Assembly: GCA_964016885.1 (NCBI GenBank)
Contig: OZ024744.1
Location: 110,670,001 to 110,734,000, forward strand
Direction of reading: 5' to 3'
DNA length: 64,000 nt
Source: Eledone cirrhosa
Lineage: Eukaryota
Shown: positions 43,308 through 58,500 of the stretch, in pieces
How the letters are laid out: the number at the start of each line of letters is the position of its first letter
How positions within the stretch are numbered: position 1 is the stretch's first letter
Notes under the pieces: generated by a model
The model's input: the letters and a program-made list of their open reading frames with translations, nothing else
Database searches by the model: none
What the model was told of the DNA's origin: nothing
Translations under genes and position numbers: made by a program

Positions 43308-45699
43308 CTGAACACAGTAAAACTACACAATCCACTATAACTTACCTTGCCCTGAACACAGTAAAACTACACAATTCACTATAACTTAACTGGCCCTGAA
43401 CACAGTAAACTACAGAATCCACTATACCTTACCTTGCCCAGAACAAATTAAAATTACGTAATCCACTATACCTTACCTTGCACTTAACACAGTAAAACTA
43501 CACAATCCACTATAACTTACCTTGCCCAGAACAAATTAAAACTACGTAATCCACTATACCTTACCTTGCCCTGAACACAGTAAAACTACACAATACACTA
43601 TAACTTACCTTGCCCAGAACAAATTAAAACTACGTAATCCACTATACCATACCTTGCCCTGAACACAGTAAAACTACACAATCCACTATAACTTACTTTG
43701 CCCTGAACACAGTAAAACTACACAAACAACTATAAATTACCTTGCTTTAAACATAGTAAAACTACACAATCCACTATAACTTACCTTGCCCTGAACACAT
43801 TAAAACTACACAATCCACTATAACTTATTTTGCCCTGAACACAGTAAAACTACACAATCCACTATAAATTACCTTACCCTGAACACAGTAAAACTACACA
43901 ATCCACTATAACTTACTTTGCCCTGAACACAGTCAAACTACACAAACCACTATAACTTACCTTGCCCTGAAAACAGTAAAACTACACAATCCACTATAAA
44001 TTACCTTGCCCTGAAAACAGTAAAACTACACAATCCACTATAAATTACCTTGCCCTGAACAAAGTAAAACTACACAATCCACTATAAATTACTTTGCAAT
44101 GAACACAGTAAAACTACACAATCCACTATAACTTACCTTGCCCTGAACACAGTAAAACTACACGATGCACTATAACTTACCTTGCCCTGAACAAGTAAAA
44201 CTACAGAATCCACTATAACTTATTTTGCCCTGAACACAGTAAAACTACACAGACCACTATAACTTACCTTGCCCTGAAAACAGTAAAACTACACGATCCA
44301 CTATAAATTACCTTGCCCTGAAAACAGTAAAACTACACAATCCACTATAAATTACCTTGCCCTGAACACAGTAAAACTACACAATCCACTATAACTTACC
44401 TTGGTCTGAACACAGTAAAACTACACAATCCACTATAACTTACCTTGCCCTGAACACAGTAAAACTATACAATCCACTATAACATACCTTGCCTGAACAC
44501 AGTAACACTACACAATCCACTATAACTTAACTGGCCCTGAACACAGTAAACTACAGAATCCACTATAACTTACCTTGCCCAGAACAAATTAAAACTACGT
44601 AATCCACTATACCTTACCTTGTCCTGAACACAGTAAACGTACACAATCCACTATAACTTACTTTGCCCTGAACACAGTAAAACTACACAAACAACTATAA
44701 ATTACCTTGCTTTAAACATAGTAAAACTACACGATCCACTATAACTTACCTTGCCCTGAACACATTAAAACTACACAATCCACTATAACTTATCTTGCCC
44801 TGAACACAGTAAAACTACACAATCCACTATAAATTACCTTAACCTGAACACAGTACAACTACACAATCCACTATAACTTACCTTGCCCTGAAAACAGTAA
44901 AACTACACAATCCACTATAAATTACCTTGCCCTGAAAACAGTAAAACTACACAATCCACTATAAATTACCTTGCCCTGAACACAGTAAAACTACACAAAC
45001 CACTATAAATTACCTTGCTCTAAACAAAGTAAAGCTAGACAATCCACTATAACTCACCTTGCCCTGAACACAGTAAAACTACACAATCCACTATAACTTA
45101 ACTGGCACTGAACACAGTAAAACTACACAATACACTATAAATTAACTGGCACTGAACACACTAAACTACAGAATCCACTATAACTTACCTTGCTCTGAAC
45201 ACAGGAAAACTACACAATCCACTATAACTTAACTGGCCCTGAACACTGTAAAACTACACAATCCACTATAACTGAACTGGCCCTGAACACAGTAAAACTA
45301 CACAATCCACTATAAGTTACCTTGCTCTGAACACAGTAAAACTACACGATCCACTATAACTTACTTTGCCCTGAACACAGTAAAACTACACAAACAACTA
45401 TAAATTACCTTACCCTGAAAACAGTAAAACTACACGATCCACTATAACTTACTTTGCCCTGAACACAGTAAAACTACACAAACCACTATAACTTACCTTG
45501 CCCTGAAAACAGTAAAACTACACAATCCACTATAACTTACTTTGCCCTGAACAAATTAAAATTACACAATCCACTATAACTTAACTGGCCCTGAACACAG
45601 TAAAACTACACAATCCATAATAAGTTACCTTGCTCTGAACAGAGTAAAACTACACTATCCACTATAACTTAACTGGCCCTGAACACAGTAAAACTACAC

Positions 45700-48600
45700 A
45701 ATCCACTATAACTTAACTGGCCCTGAACACAGTAAAACTACAGAATCCACTATAACTTACCTTGCCCAGAACAAATTAAAACTACGTAATCCACTATACC
45801 TTACCTTGCCCTGAACACAGTAAAACTACACAATCCACTATAACTTACCTTGCCCAGAACAAATTAAAACTACGTAATCCACTATACCTTACCTTGTCCT
45901 GAACACAGTAAAACTACACAATCCACTATAACTTACTTTGCCCTGAACACAGTAAAACTACACAATCCACTATAACTTACCTTGCCCTGAACACATTAAA
46001 ACTACACAATCCACTATGACTTATCTTGCCCTGAACACAGTAAAACTACACGATCCATTATAAATTACCTTACCCTGAACACAGTAAAACTACACAATCC
46101 ACTATAACTTACTTTGCCCTGAACACAGTCAAACTACACAAACCACTATAACTTACCTTGCCCTGAAAACAGTAAAACTACACAATCCACTATAAATTAC
46201 CTTGCCCTGAAAACAGTAAAACTACACAATCCACTATAAATTACCTTGCCCTGAACACAGTAAAACTACACAATCCAATATAACTTACTTTGCCTTGAAC
46301 ACAGTAAAACTACACAATCCACTATAACTTACCTTGCCCTGAACACAGTAAAACTACATGATGCACTATAACTTACCTTGCCCTGAACACAGTAAAACTA
46401 AACAAACCACTATAAATTACCTTGTCCTGAACACAGTAAAATTACACAATCCACTATAGTTTACCTTGCCCTGAACACAGTAAAACTACACAATCCACTA
46501 TAAATTACCTTGCCCTGAACACAGTAAAACTACACAATCCACTATAACTTGCCTTGCCCTGAACACAGTAAAACTACTTAATTCACTATAACTTACCTTG
46601 CCCTGAACACAGTAAAACTACACAATACACTATACCTAACCTTGCCCTGAACACAGTAAAACTACACAATCCACTATAACTTACCTTGCTCTGAACACAG
46701 TAAAACTACACAATCAACTATACCTTACCTTGCCCTGAACACAGTAAAACTACACAATCCACTATAACTTACTTTGCCATGACCACAGTAAAACTAAACA
46801 ATCCACTATAACTTACCTTGCCCTGAACACAGTAAAACTATACAATCCACTATAACTGAACTGGCCCTGAACACAGTTAAACTACACAATCCACTATAAC
46901 TTAACTGGCCCTGAACCCAGTAAAACTACACAATCCACTATAACTTAACTGGCCCTGAACACAGTAAAACTACACAATCCACTATAAGTTACCTTGCTCT
47001 GAACACAGTAAAACTACACAATCCACTCTAACTTACCTTGCCCTGAACACAGTAAAACTACACAATCCACTATAACTTACCTTGCTCTGAACACAGTAAA
47101 ATTACACAATCCACTATAATTTACCTTCTTCTTAACACAGTAAAATTACACAATCCACTATAACTTACCTTGCTCTGAACACAGTAAAATTACACAATCC
47201 ACTATAACTTACCTTGCCCTGAACACAGTAAAACTACACAATCCACTATAAATTACCTTGCTCTGAACACAGTAAAATTACACAATCCACTATAATTTAC
47301 CTTCTTCTGAACACAGTAAAACTACACAATCCACTATAACTTACCTTGCCCTGAACACAGTAAAATTACACAATCCACTATAACTTACCTTGCCCTGAAC
47401 ACAGTAAAACTATACAATCCACTATAACATACCTTGCCTGAACACAGTAACACTACACAATCCACTATAACTTAACTGGCCCTGAACACAGTAAACTACA
47501 GAATCCACTATAACTTACCTTGCCGAGAACAAATTAAAACTACGTAATCCACTATACCTTACCTTGCCCTGAACACAGTAAAACTACACAATCCACTATA
47601 ACTTACCTTGCCCAGAACAAATTAAAACTACGTAATCCACTATACCTTACCTTGTCCTGAACACACTAAAACTACACAATCCACTATAACTTACTTTGCC
47701 CTGAACACAGTAAAACTACACAATCCACTATAACTTACCTTGCCCTGAACACATTAAAACTACACAATCCACTATAACTTATCTTGCCCTGAACACAGTA
47801 AAACTACACGATCCATTATAAATTACCTTACCCTGAACACAGTAAAACTACACAATCCACTATAACTTACTTTGCCCTGAACACAGTCAAACTACACAAA
47901 CCACTATAACTTACCTTGCCCTGAAAACAGTAAAACTACACAATCCACTATAAATTATCTTGCCCTGAAAACAGTAAAACTACACAATCCACTATAAATT
48001 ACCTTGCCCTGAACACAGTAAAACTACACAATCCACTATAACTTACTTTGCCATGAACACAGTAAAACTACACAATCCACTATAACTTACCTTGCCCTGA
48101 ACACAGTAAAACTACATGATGCACTATAACTTACCTTGCCCTGAACACAGTAAAACTAAACAAACCACTATAAATTACCTTGTACTGAACACAGTAAAAT
48201 TACACAATCCACTATAGTTTACCTTGCCCTGAACACAGTAAAACTACACAATCCACTATAAATTACCTTGCCCTGAACACAGTAAAACTACACAATCCAC
48301 TATAACTTGCCTTGCCCTGAACACAGTAAAACTACTTAATTCACTATAACTTACCTTGCCCTGAACATAGTAAAACTACACAATACACTATACCTAACCT
48401 TGCCCTGAACACAGTAAAACTACACAATCCACTATAACTTACCTTGCTCTGAACACAGTAAAACTACACAATCAACTATACCTTACCTTGCCCTGAACAC
48501 AGTAAAACTACACAATCCACTATAACTTAACTGGCCCTGAACACAGTAAACTACAGAATCCACTATAACTTACCTTGTCCAGAACAAATTCAAACTACGT

Positions 48601-51600
48601 AATCCACTATACCTTACCTTGCCCTGAACACAGTAAAACTACACGATCCACTATAGCTTACATTGCTCTGAACACAGTAAAACTACACAATCCACTATAG
48701 CTTACCTTGCCCTGATCACAGTAAAACTACGAAATCCACTATAACTTACTTTACCCTGAACACAGTAAAACTACACAATCCACTATAACTTACCTTGCCC
48801 TGAACACAGTAAACCACAGAATCCACTATAACTTACCTTGCCCAGAACAAAGTAAAACTACGTAATCCACTATAACTTACCTTGCCTGAACACAGTAAAA
48901 CTACACAATCCCTATAGCTTACCTTGCCCTGAAAACAGTAAAACTACACAATCCACTATAACTTACCTTGCCCTGAACACAGTAAAACTACACAATCCAC
49001 TATAACTAAACTGGCCCTGAACACAGGAAAACGACACAATCCACTATAATTTAGCTGGCCCTGAACACAGTAAAACTACACAATCCACTATAACTTACCT
49101 TGCCCTGAACACAGTAAAACTACACAATCCACTATAACTAAACTGGCCCTGAACACAGGAAAACGACACAATCCACTATAACTTAACTGGCCCTGAACAC
49201 AGTAAAACTACACAATCCACTATAACTTAACTGGCCCTGAACACACTAAACTACAGAATCCACTATAACTTTCCTTGCTCTGAACACAGGAAAACTACAC
49301 AATCCACTATAACTTAACTGGTCCTGAACACTGTAAAACTACACAATCCACTATAACTTAACTGGCCCTGAACAGAGTAAAACTACACAAGCCACTATAA
49401 GTTACCTGGCCCTGAACACAGTAAAAGTAGACAAACCACTATAACTTACCTTGCCCTGAAAACAGTAAAACTACACTATCCACTATGAATTACCTTGCCC
49501 TGAAAACAGTAAAACTACACAATCCACTATAACTTACCTTGCCTTGAACACACCAAAACTACACAATCCACTATAACTTACTTTGCCCTGAACACTGTAA
49601 AACTACACAATCCACTATAACTTACCTTGCCCTGAACACACCAAAACTACACAATCCACTATAACTTAACTGGCCCTGAACACAGTAAAACTACACAATC
49701 CACTATAACTTACCTTGCCCTGAACACAGTAAAACTATACAATCCACTATAACATACCTTGCCTGAACACAGTAACACTACACAATCCACTATAACTTAA
49801 CTGGCCCTGAACACAGTAAACTACAGAATCCACTATAACTTACCTTGCCCAGAACAAATTAAAACTACGTAATCCACTATACCTTACCTTGCCCTGAACA
49901 CAGTAAAACTACACAATCCACTATAACTTACCTTGCCCAGAACAAATTAAAACTACGTAATCCACTATACCTTACCTTGTCCTGAACAGAGTAAAACTAC
50001 ACAATCCACTATAACTTAATGTGCCCTGAACACAGTAAAACTACACAATCCACTATAACTTACCTTGTCCTGAACACATTAAAACTACACAATCCACTAT
50101 GACTTATCTTGCCCTGAACACAGTAAAACTACACGATCCATTATAAATTACCTTACCCTGAACACAGTAAAACTACACAATCCACTATAACTTACTTTGC
50201 CCTGAACACAGTCAAACTACACAAACCACTATAACTTACCTTGCCCTGAAAACAGTAAAACTACACAATCCACTATAAATTACCTTGCCCTGAAAACAGT
50301 AAAACTACACAATCCACTATAAATTACCTTGCCCTGAACACAGTAAAACTACACAATCCACTATAACTTACTTTGCCATGAACACAGTAAAACTACACAA
50401 TCCACTATAACTTACCTTGCCCTGAACACAGTAAAACTACATGATGCACTATAACTTACCTTGCCCTGAACACAGTAAAACTAAACAAACCACTATAAAT
50501 TACCTTGTCCTGAACACAGTAAAATTACACAATCCACTATAGTTTACCTTGCCCTGAACACAGTAAAACTACACAATCCACTATAAATTACCTTGCCCTG
50601 AACACAGTAAAACTACACAATCCACTATAACTTGCCTTGCCCTGAACACAGTAAAACTACTTAATTCACTATAACTTACCTTGCCCTGAACACAGTAAAA
50701 CTACACAATACACTATACCTAACCTTGCCCTGAACACAGTAAAACTACACAATCCACTATAACTTACCTTGCTCTGAACACAGTAAAACTACACAATCAA
50801 CTATACCTTACCTTGCCCTGAACACAGTAAAACTACACAATCCACTATAACTTAACTGGCCCTGAACACAGTAAACTACAGAATCCACTATAACTTACCT
50901 TGCCCAGAACAAATTCAAACTACGTAATCCACTATACCTTACCTTGCCCTGAACACAGTAAAACTACACGATCCACTATAGCTTACATTGCTCTGAACAC
51001 AGTAAAACTACACAATCCACTATAGCTTACCTTGCCCTGATCACAGTAAAACTACGTAATCCACTATAACTTACCTTGCCCTGAACACAGTGAACCACAG
51101 AATCCACTATAACTTACCTTGCCCAGAACAAAGTAAAACTACGTAATCCACTATAACTTACCTTGCCTGAACACAGTAAAACTACACAATCCCTATAGCT
51201 TACCTTGCCCTGAAAACAGTAAAACTACACAATCCACTATAACTTACCTTGCCCTGATCACAGTAAAACTACACAATCCACTATAACTTACCTTGCCCTG
51301 AACACAGTAAAACTACACAATCCACTATAACTAAACTGGCCCTGAACACAGGAAAACGACACAATCCACTATAACTTAACTGGCCCTGAACACAGTAAAA
51401 CTACACAATCCACTATAACTTACCTTGCCCTGAACACAGTAAAACTACACAATCCACTATAACTAAACTGGCCCTGAACAGAGGAAAACGACACAATCCA
51501 CTATAACTTAACTGGCCCTGAACACAGTAAAACTACACAATCCACTATAACTTAACTGGCCCTGAACAGAGTAAAACTACACAAGCCACTATAAGTTACC

Positions 51601-52500
51601 TTGCCCTGAACACAGTAAAACTAGACAAACCACTATAACTTACCTTGCCCTGAAAACAGTAAAACTACACTATCCACTATGAATTACCTTGCCCTGAAAA
51701 CAGTAAAACTACACAATCCACTATAACTTACCTTGCCCTGAACACACCAAAACTACACAATCCACTATAACTTACTTTGCCCTGAACACTGTAAAACTAC
51801 ACAATCCACTATAACTTAACTGGCCCTGAACACAGTAAAACTACACAATCCACTATAAGTTACCTTGCTCTGAACTCAGTAAAACTACACAATCCACTAT
51901 GACTTACTTTGCCCTGAACACAGTAAAACTACACAAACAACTATAAATTACCTTACCCTGAACACAGTAAAACTACACCATCCACTATAACTTACTTTGC
52001 CCTGAACACAGTAAAACTACACAAACCACTATAACTTACCTTGCCCTGAACACACTAAAACTACACAATCCACTATAACTTACTTTGCCCTGAACACAGT
52101 AAAATTACACAATCCACTATAACTTAACTGGCCCTGAACACAGTAAAACTACACAATCCACTATAACTTAACTGGCCCTGAACACAGTAAAACTACACAA
52201 TCCACTATAAGTTACCTTGCTCTGAACACAGTAAAACTACACAATCCACTATGACTTACTTTGCCCTGAACACAGTAAAACTACACAAACAACTATAAAT
52301 TACCTTACCCTGAACACAGTAAAACTACACCATCCACTATAACTTACTTTGCCCTGAACACAGTAAAATTACACAATCCACTATAACTCAACTGGCCCTG
52401 AACACAGTTAAACTACACAATCCATAATAAGTTACCTTGCTCTGAACAGAATAAAACTACACTATCCACTATAACTTACCTTGCCCAGAACAAAGTAAAA
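45700..52500 (+). repeat. Higher-order repeat domain C: ~1.76-2.5 kb units
   Basis: Marker ACTTAATTCACT at 46576, 48334, 50659 and 53164 (spacings 1758, 2325, 2505). CCATTATAAATTACCTTACCC and CATGATGCACT recur in step with the first three. Boundaries are approximate. Confidence 0.8.
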
Positions 52501-55500
52501 CTACGTAATCCACTATAACTTACCTTGCCCTGAACACAGTAAAACTACACAATCCACTATAGCTTACCTTGCCCTGAAAACAGTAAAACTACACAAACCA
52601 CAATAAATTACCTTGCTCTAAATACAGTAAAGCTAGTCAATCCACTATAACTTAACTTGCCCTGAACACAGTAAAACTACACAATCCACTATAAATTACC
52701 TTGCCCCGAACACAGTAAAACTACACAATCCACTATAACTTACTTTGCCATGAACACAGTAAAACTAAACAATCCACTATAACTTACCTTGCCCTGAACA
52801 CAGTAAAACTACACAATCCACTATAACTGAACTGGCCCTGAACACAGTAAAACTACACAATCCACTATAACTTACCTTGCTCTGAACACAGTAAAACTAC
52901 ACAATCCACTATAACTTAACTGGCCCTGAACACAGTAAAACTACACAATCCACTATAACTTACCTTGCCCTGAACACAGTAAAACTAAACAAACAAATTA
53001 TAACTTACATTGACCTGAACACAGTAAAACTAAACAAACCACTATAAATTACCTTGCCCTGAACACAGTAAAATTACACAATCCACTATAGTTTACCTTG
53101 CCCTGAACACAGTAAAACTACACAATCCACTATAAATTACCTTGCCCTGAACACAGTAAAACTACTTAATTCACTATAACTTACCTTGCCCTGAACACAG
53201 TAAAACTACACAATACACTATACCTAACCTTGCCCTGAACACAGTAAAACTACACAATCCACTATAACTTACCTTGCTCTGAACACAGTAAAACTACACA
53301 ATCCACTCTACCTTACCTTGCCCTGAACACAGTAAAACTACACAATCCACTATAACTTAACTGGCCCTGAACAGAGTAAACTACAGAATCCACTATAACT
53401 TACCTTGCACTGAACACAGTAAACTACAGAATCCACTATAACTTACCTTGCCCAGAACAAATTAAAACTACGTAATCCACTATACCTTACCTTGCCCTGA
53501 ACACAGTAAAACTACACAATCCACTATAGCTTACATTTCTCTGAACACAGTAAAACTACACAATCCACTATAGCTTACCTTGCCCTGAACACAGTAAAAC
53601 TACGTGATCCACTATAACTTACCTTGCCCTGAACACAGTAAAACTACACAATCCACTATAGCTTACCTTGCCCTGAACACAGTAACACTACGTGATCCAC
53701 TATAACTTACCTTGCTCTGATCAGAGTAAAACTACACAATCCACTATAACTTACCTTGCCCTGAACACAGTAAACTACAGAATCCACTATAACTTACCTT
53801 GCCCAGAACAAAGTAAAACTACGTAATCCACTATAGCTTACCTTGCCCCGAAAACAGTAAAACTACACAATCCACTATAACTTACCTTGCCCTGATCACA
53901 GTAAAACTACACAATCACTATAACTTTTTTTGCCCTGAACACAGTAAAACTACACAAACCACTATAAATTACCTTGCTCTAAACACAGTAAAACTACACA
54001 ATCCACTATAACTTACCTTGCCCAGAACAAAGTAAAACTACGTAATCCACTATAACTAACCTTGCCCTGAACACAGTAAAATTACACAATCCACTATAGC
54101 TTACCTTGCCCCGAAAACAGTAAAACTACACAATCCACTATAACTTACCTTGCCCTGATCACAGTAAAACTACACAATCACTATAACTTTTTTTGCCCTG
54201 AACACAGTAAAACTACACAAACCACTATAAATTACCTTGCTCTAAACACAGTAAAGCTAGACAATCCACTATAACTTACCTTGCCCTGAACACAGTAAAA
54301 CTACACAATCCACTATAACTTAACTGGCCCTGAACACACTAATCTACAGAATCCACTATAACTTACCTTGCTCTGAACACAGGAAAACTACACAATCCAC
54401 TATAACTTAACTGGCCCTGAACACAGTAAAACTACACAATCCACTATAACTAAACTGGCCCTGAACACACTAAACTACAGAATCCACTATAACTTACCTT
54501 GCTCTGAACACAGGAAAACTACACAATCCACTATAACTGAACTGGCCCTGAACACAGTAAAACTAAACAATCCACTATAAGTTACCTTGCTCTGAACACA
54601 GTAAATCTACACAATCCACTATAATTTACTTTGCCCTGAACACAGTAAAACTACACAAACCACTATAACTTACCTTGCCCTGAAAACAGTAAAACTACAC
54701 AATCCACTATGAATTACCTTGCCCTGAAAACAGTAAAACTTCACAATCCACTATACATTACCTTGCCCTGAACACACTAAAACTACACAATCCACTATAA
54801 CTTACTTTGCCCTGAACACAGTAAAATTACACAATCCACTATAACTTAACTGGCCCTGAACACAGTAAAACTACACAATCCATAATAAGTTACCTTGTGT
54901 GAACAGAGTAAAACTACACAATCCACTATAACTTACCTTGCCCTGAACACAGTAAAACTACACAATCCACTATAACTTAACTGGCCCTGAACACAGTAAA
55001 ACTACACAATCCACTATAACTTACATTGCCCTGAACACAGTAAAACTACACAATCCACTATAGCTTACCTTGCCCTGAAAACAGTAAAACTACACAATCC
55101 ACTATAGCTTACCTTGCCCTGAACACGTTAAAACTATACAATCCACGATAACTTACCTTGCCCTGAACACAGTAAAACAACACAATCCACTATAAATTAC
55201 CTTACCCTGAACACAGTAAAACAACACAATCCACTATAAATTACCTTACCCTGAACACAGTAAAACTACACAATCCACTATAACTTACCTTGCCCTGAAC
55301 ACATTAAAACTATACAATCCACGATAACTTACCTTGCCCTGAACACAGTAAAACTAAACAATCCACTATAACTTACTTTGCCCTGAACACAGTAAAACTA
55401 CACAAACCACTATAACTTACCTTGCCCTGAACACAGTAAAACTACACAAACCACTATAACTTACCTTGCCCTGAAAACAGTAAAACTACACTATCCACTA

Positions 55501-58500
55501 TGAATTACCTTGCCCTGAACACACTAAAACTACACAATCCACTATAACTTACTTTGGCCTGAACACAGTAAAATTACACAATCCATAATAAGTTACCTTG
55601 CTCTGAACAGAGTAAAACTACACTATCCACTATAACTTAACTGGCCCTGAACACAGTAAAACTACACAATCCATAATAAGTTACCTTGCTCTGAACAGAG
55701 TAAAACTACACTATCCACTATAACTTAACTGGCCCTGAACACAGTAAAACTACACAATCCATAATAAGTTACCTTGCTCTGAACAGAGTAAAACTACACT
55801 ATCCACTATAACTTAACTGGCCCTGAACACAGTAAAACTACACAATCCACTATAACTTAACTGGCCCTGAACACAATAAAACTACACAAACCACAATAAA
55901 TTACCTTGCTCTAAATACAGTAAAGCTAGACAATCCACTATAACTTAACTTGCCCTGAACACAGTAAAACTACACAATCCACTATAAATTACCTTGCCCC
56001 GAACACAGTAAAACTACACAATCCACTATAACTTACTTTGCCATGAACACAGTAAAACTAAACAATCCACTATAACTTACCTTGCCCTGAACACAGTAAA
56101 ACTACACAATCCACTATAACTGAACTGGCCCTGAACACAGTAAAACTACACAATCCACTATAACTTACCTTGCTCTGAACACAGTAAAACTACACAATCC
56201 ACTATAACTTAACTGGCCCTGAACACAGTAAAACTACACAATCCACTATAACTTACCTTGCCCTGAACACAGTAAAACTAAACAATCCACTATAACTTAC
56301 ATTGCCCTGAACACAGTAAAACTAAACAAACCACTATAAATTAACTTGCCCTGAACACAGTAAAATTACACAATCCACTATAGTTTACCTTGCCCTGAAC
56401 ACAGTAAAACTACACAATCCACTATAAATTACCTTGCCCTGAACACAGTAAAACTACTTAATTCACTATAACTAACCTTGCCCTGAACACAGTAAAACTA
56501 CACAATACACTATACCTAACCTTGCCCTGAACACAGTAAAACTACACAATCCACTATAACTTACCTTGCTCTGAACACAGTAAAACTACACAATCCACTC
56601 TACCTTACCTTGCCCTGAACACAGTAAAACTACACAATCCACTATAACTTAACTGGCCCTGAACACAGTAAACTACAGAATCCACTATAACTTACCTTGC
56701 ACTGAACACAGTAAACTACAGAATCCACTATAACTTACCTTGCCCAGAACAAATTAAAACTACGTAATCCACTATACCTTACCTTGCCCTGAACACAGTA
56801 AAACTACACAATCCACTATAGCTTACATTTCTCTGAACACAGTAAAACTACACAATCCACTATAGCTTACCTTGCCCTGAACACAGTAAAACTACGTGAT
56901 CCACTATAACTTACCTTGCCCTGAACACAGTAAAACTACACAATCCACTATAGCTTACCTTGCCCTGAACACAGTAAAACTACGTGATCCACTATAACTT
57001 ACCTTGCTCTGAACAGAGTAAAACTACACAATCCACTATAACTTACCTTGCCCTGAACACAGTAAACTACAGAATCCACTATAACTTACCTTGCCCAGAA
57101 CAAAGTAAAACTACGTAATCCACTATAGCTTACATTGCCCCTAAAACAGTAAAACTACACAATCCACTATAACTTATCTTGCCCTGATCACAGTAAAACT
57201 ACACAATCACTATAACTTTTTTTGCCCTGAACACAGTGAAACTACACAAACCACTATAAATTACCTTGCTCTAAACACAGTAAAACTACACAATACACTA
57301 TAACTTACCTTGCCCAGAACAAAGTAAAACTACGTAATCCACTATAACTAACCTTGCCCTGAACACAGTAAAATTACACAATCCACTATAGCTTACCTTG
57401 CCCCGAAAACAGTAAAACTACACAATCCACTATAACTTACCTTGCCCTGATCACAGTAAAACTACACAATCACTATAACTTTTTTTGCCCTGAACACAGT
57501 AAAACTACACAAACCACTATAAATTACCTTGCTCTAAACACAGTAAAACTACACAATCCACTATAACTTACCTTGCCCAGAACAAAGTAAAACTACGTAA
57601 TCCACTATAACTAACCTTGCCCTGAACACAGTAAAATTACACAATCCACTATAGCTTACCTTGCCCCGAAAACAGTAAAACTACACAATCCACTATAACT
57701 TACCTTGCCCTGATCACAGTAAAACTACACAATCACTATAACTTTTTTTGCCCTGAACACAGTAAAACTACACAAACCACTATAAATTACCTTGCTCTAA
57801 ACACAGTAAAGCTAGACAATCCACTATAACTTACCTTGCCCTGAACACAGTAAAACTACACAATCCACTATAACTTAACTGGCCCTGAACACACTAATCT
57901 ACAGAATCCACTATAACTTACCTTGCTCTGAACACAGGAAAACTACACAATCCACTATAACTTAACTGGCCCTGAACACAGTAAAACTACACAATCCACT
58001 ATAACTAAACTGGCCCTGAACACACTAAACTACAGAATCCACTATAACTTACCTTGCTCTGAACACAGGAAAACTACACAATCCACTATAACTGAACTGG
58101 CCCTGAACACAGTAAAACTAAACAATCCACTATAAGTTACCTTGCTCTGAACACAGTAAATCTACACAATCCACTATAATTTACTTTGCCCTGAACACAG
58201 TAAAACTACACAAACCACTATAACTTACCTTGCCCTGAAAACAGTAAAACTACACAATCCACTATGAATTACCTTGCCCTGAAAACAGTAAAACTTCACA
58301 ATCCACTATACATTACCTTGCCCTGAACACACTAAAACTACACAATCCACTATAACTTACTTTGCCCTGAACACAGTAAAATTACACAATCCACTATAAC
58401 TTAACTGGCCCTGAACACAGTAAAACTACACAATCCATAATAAGTTACCTTGTGTGAACAGAGTAAAACTACACAATCCACTATAACTTACCTTGCCCTG

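Noticed and set aside
43072-43311. 79-aa plus-strand ORF MKLWLSVCLSIFLL... with a signal-peptide-like start
   Set aside because: The hydrophobic N-terminus is the translation of the (GTCT)n/T-rich tract, the stop codon comes from the flanking satellite TGA, and no domain is recognisable (no Rep/helicase motif). Likely chance; expression data or conserved homologues would change this.
43294-43311. Complete Helitron 3' end (hairpin plus CTRR = CTGA)
   Set aside because: The stem is only 5 bp, AT-rich and directly abuts CTGA rather than lying ~10-12 nt upstream. CTGA is the satellite's own sequence, and the next base is A, not the target T.
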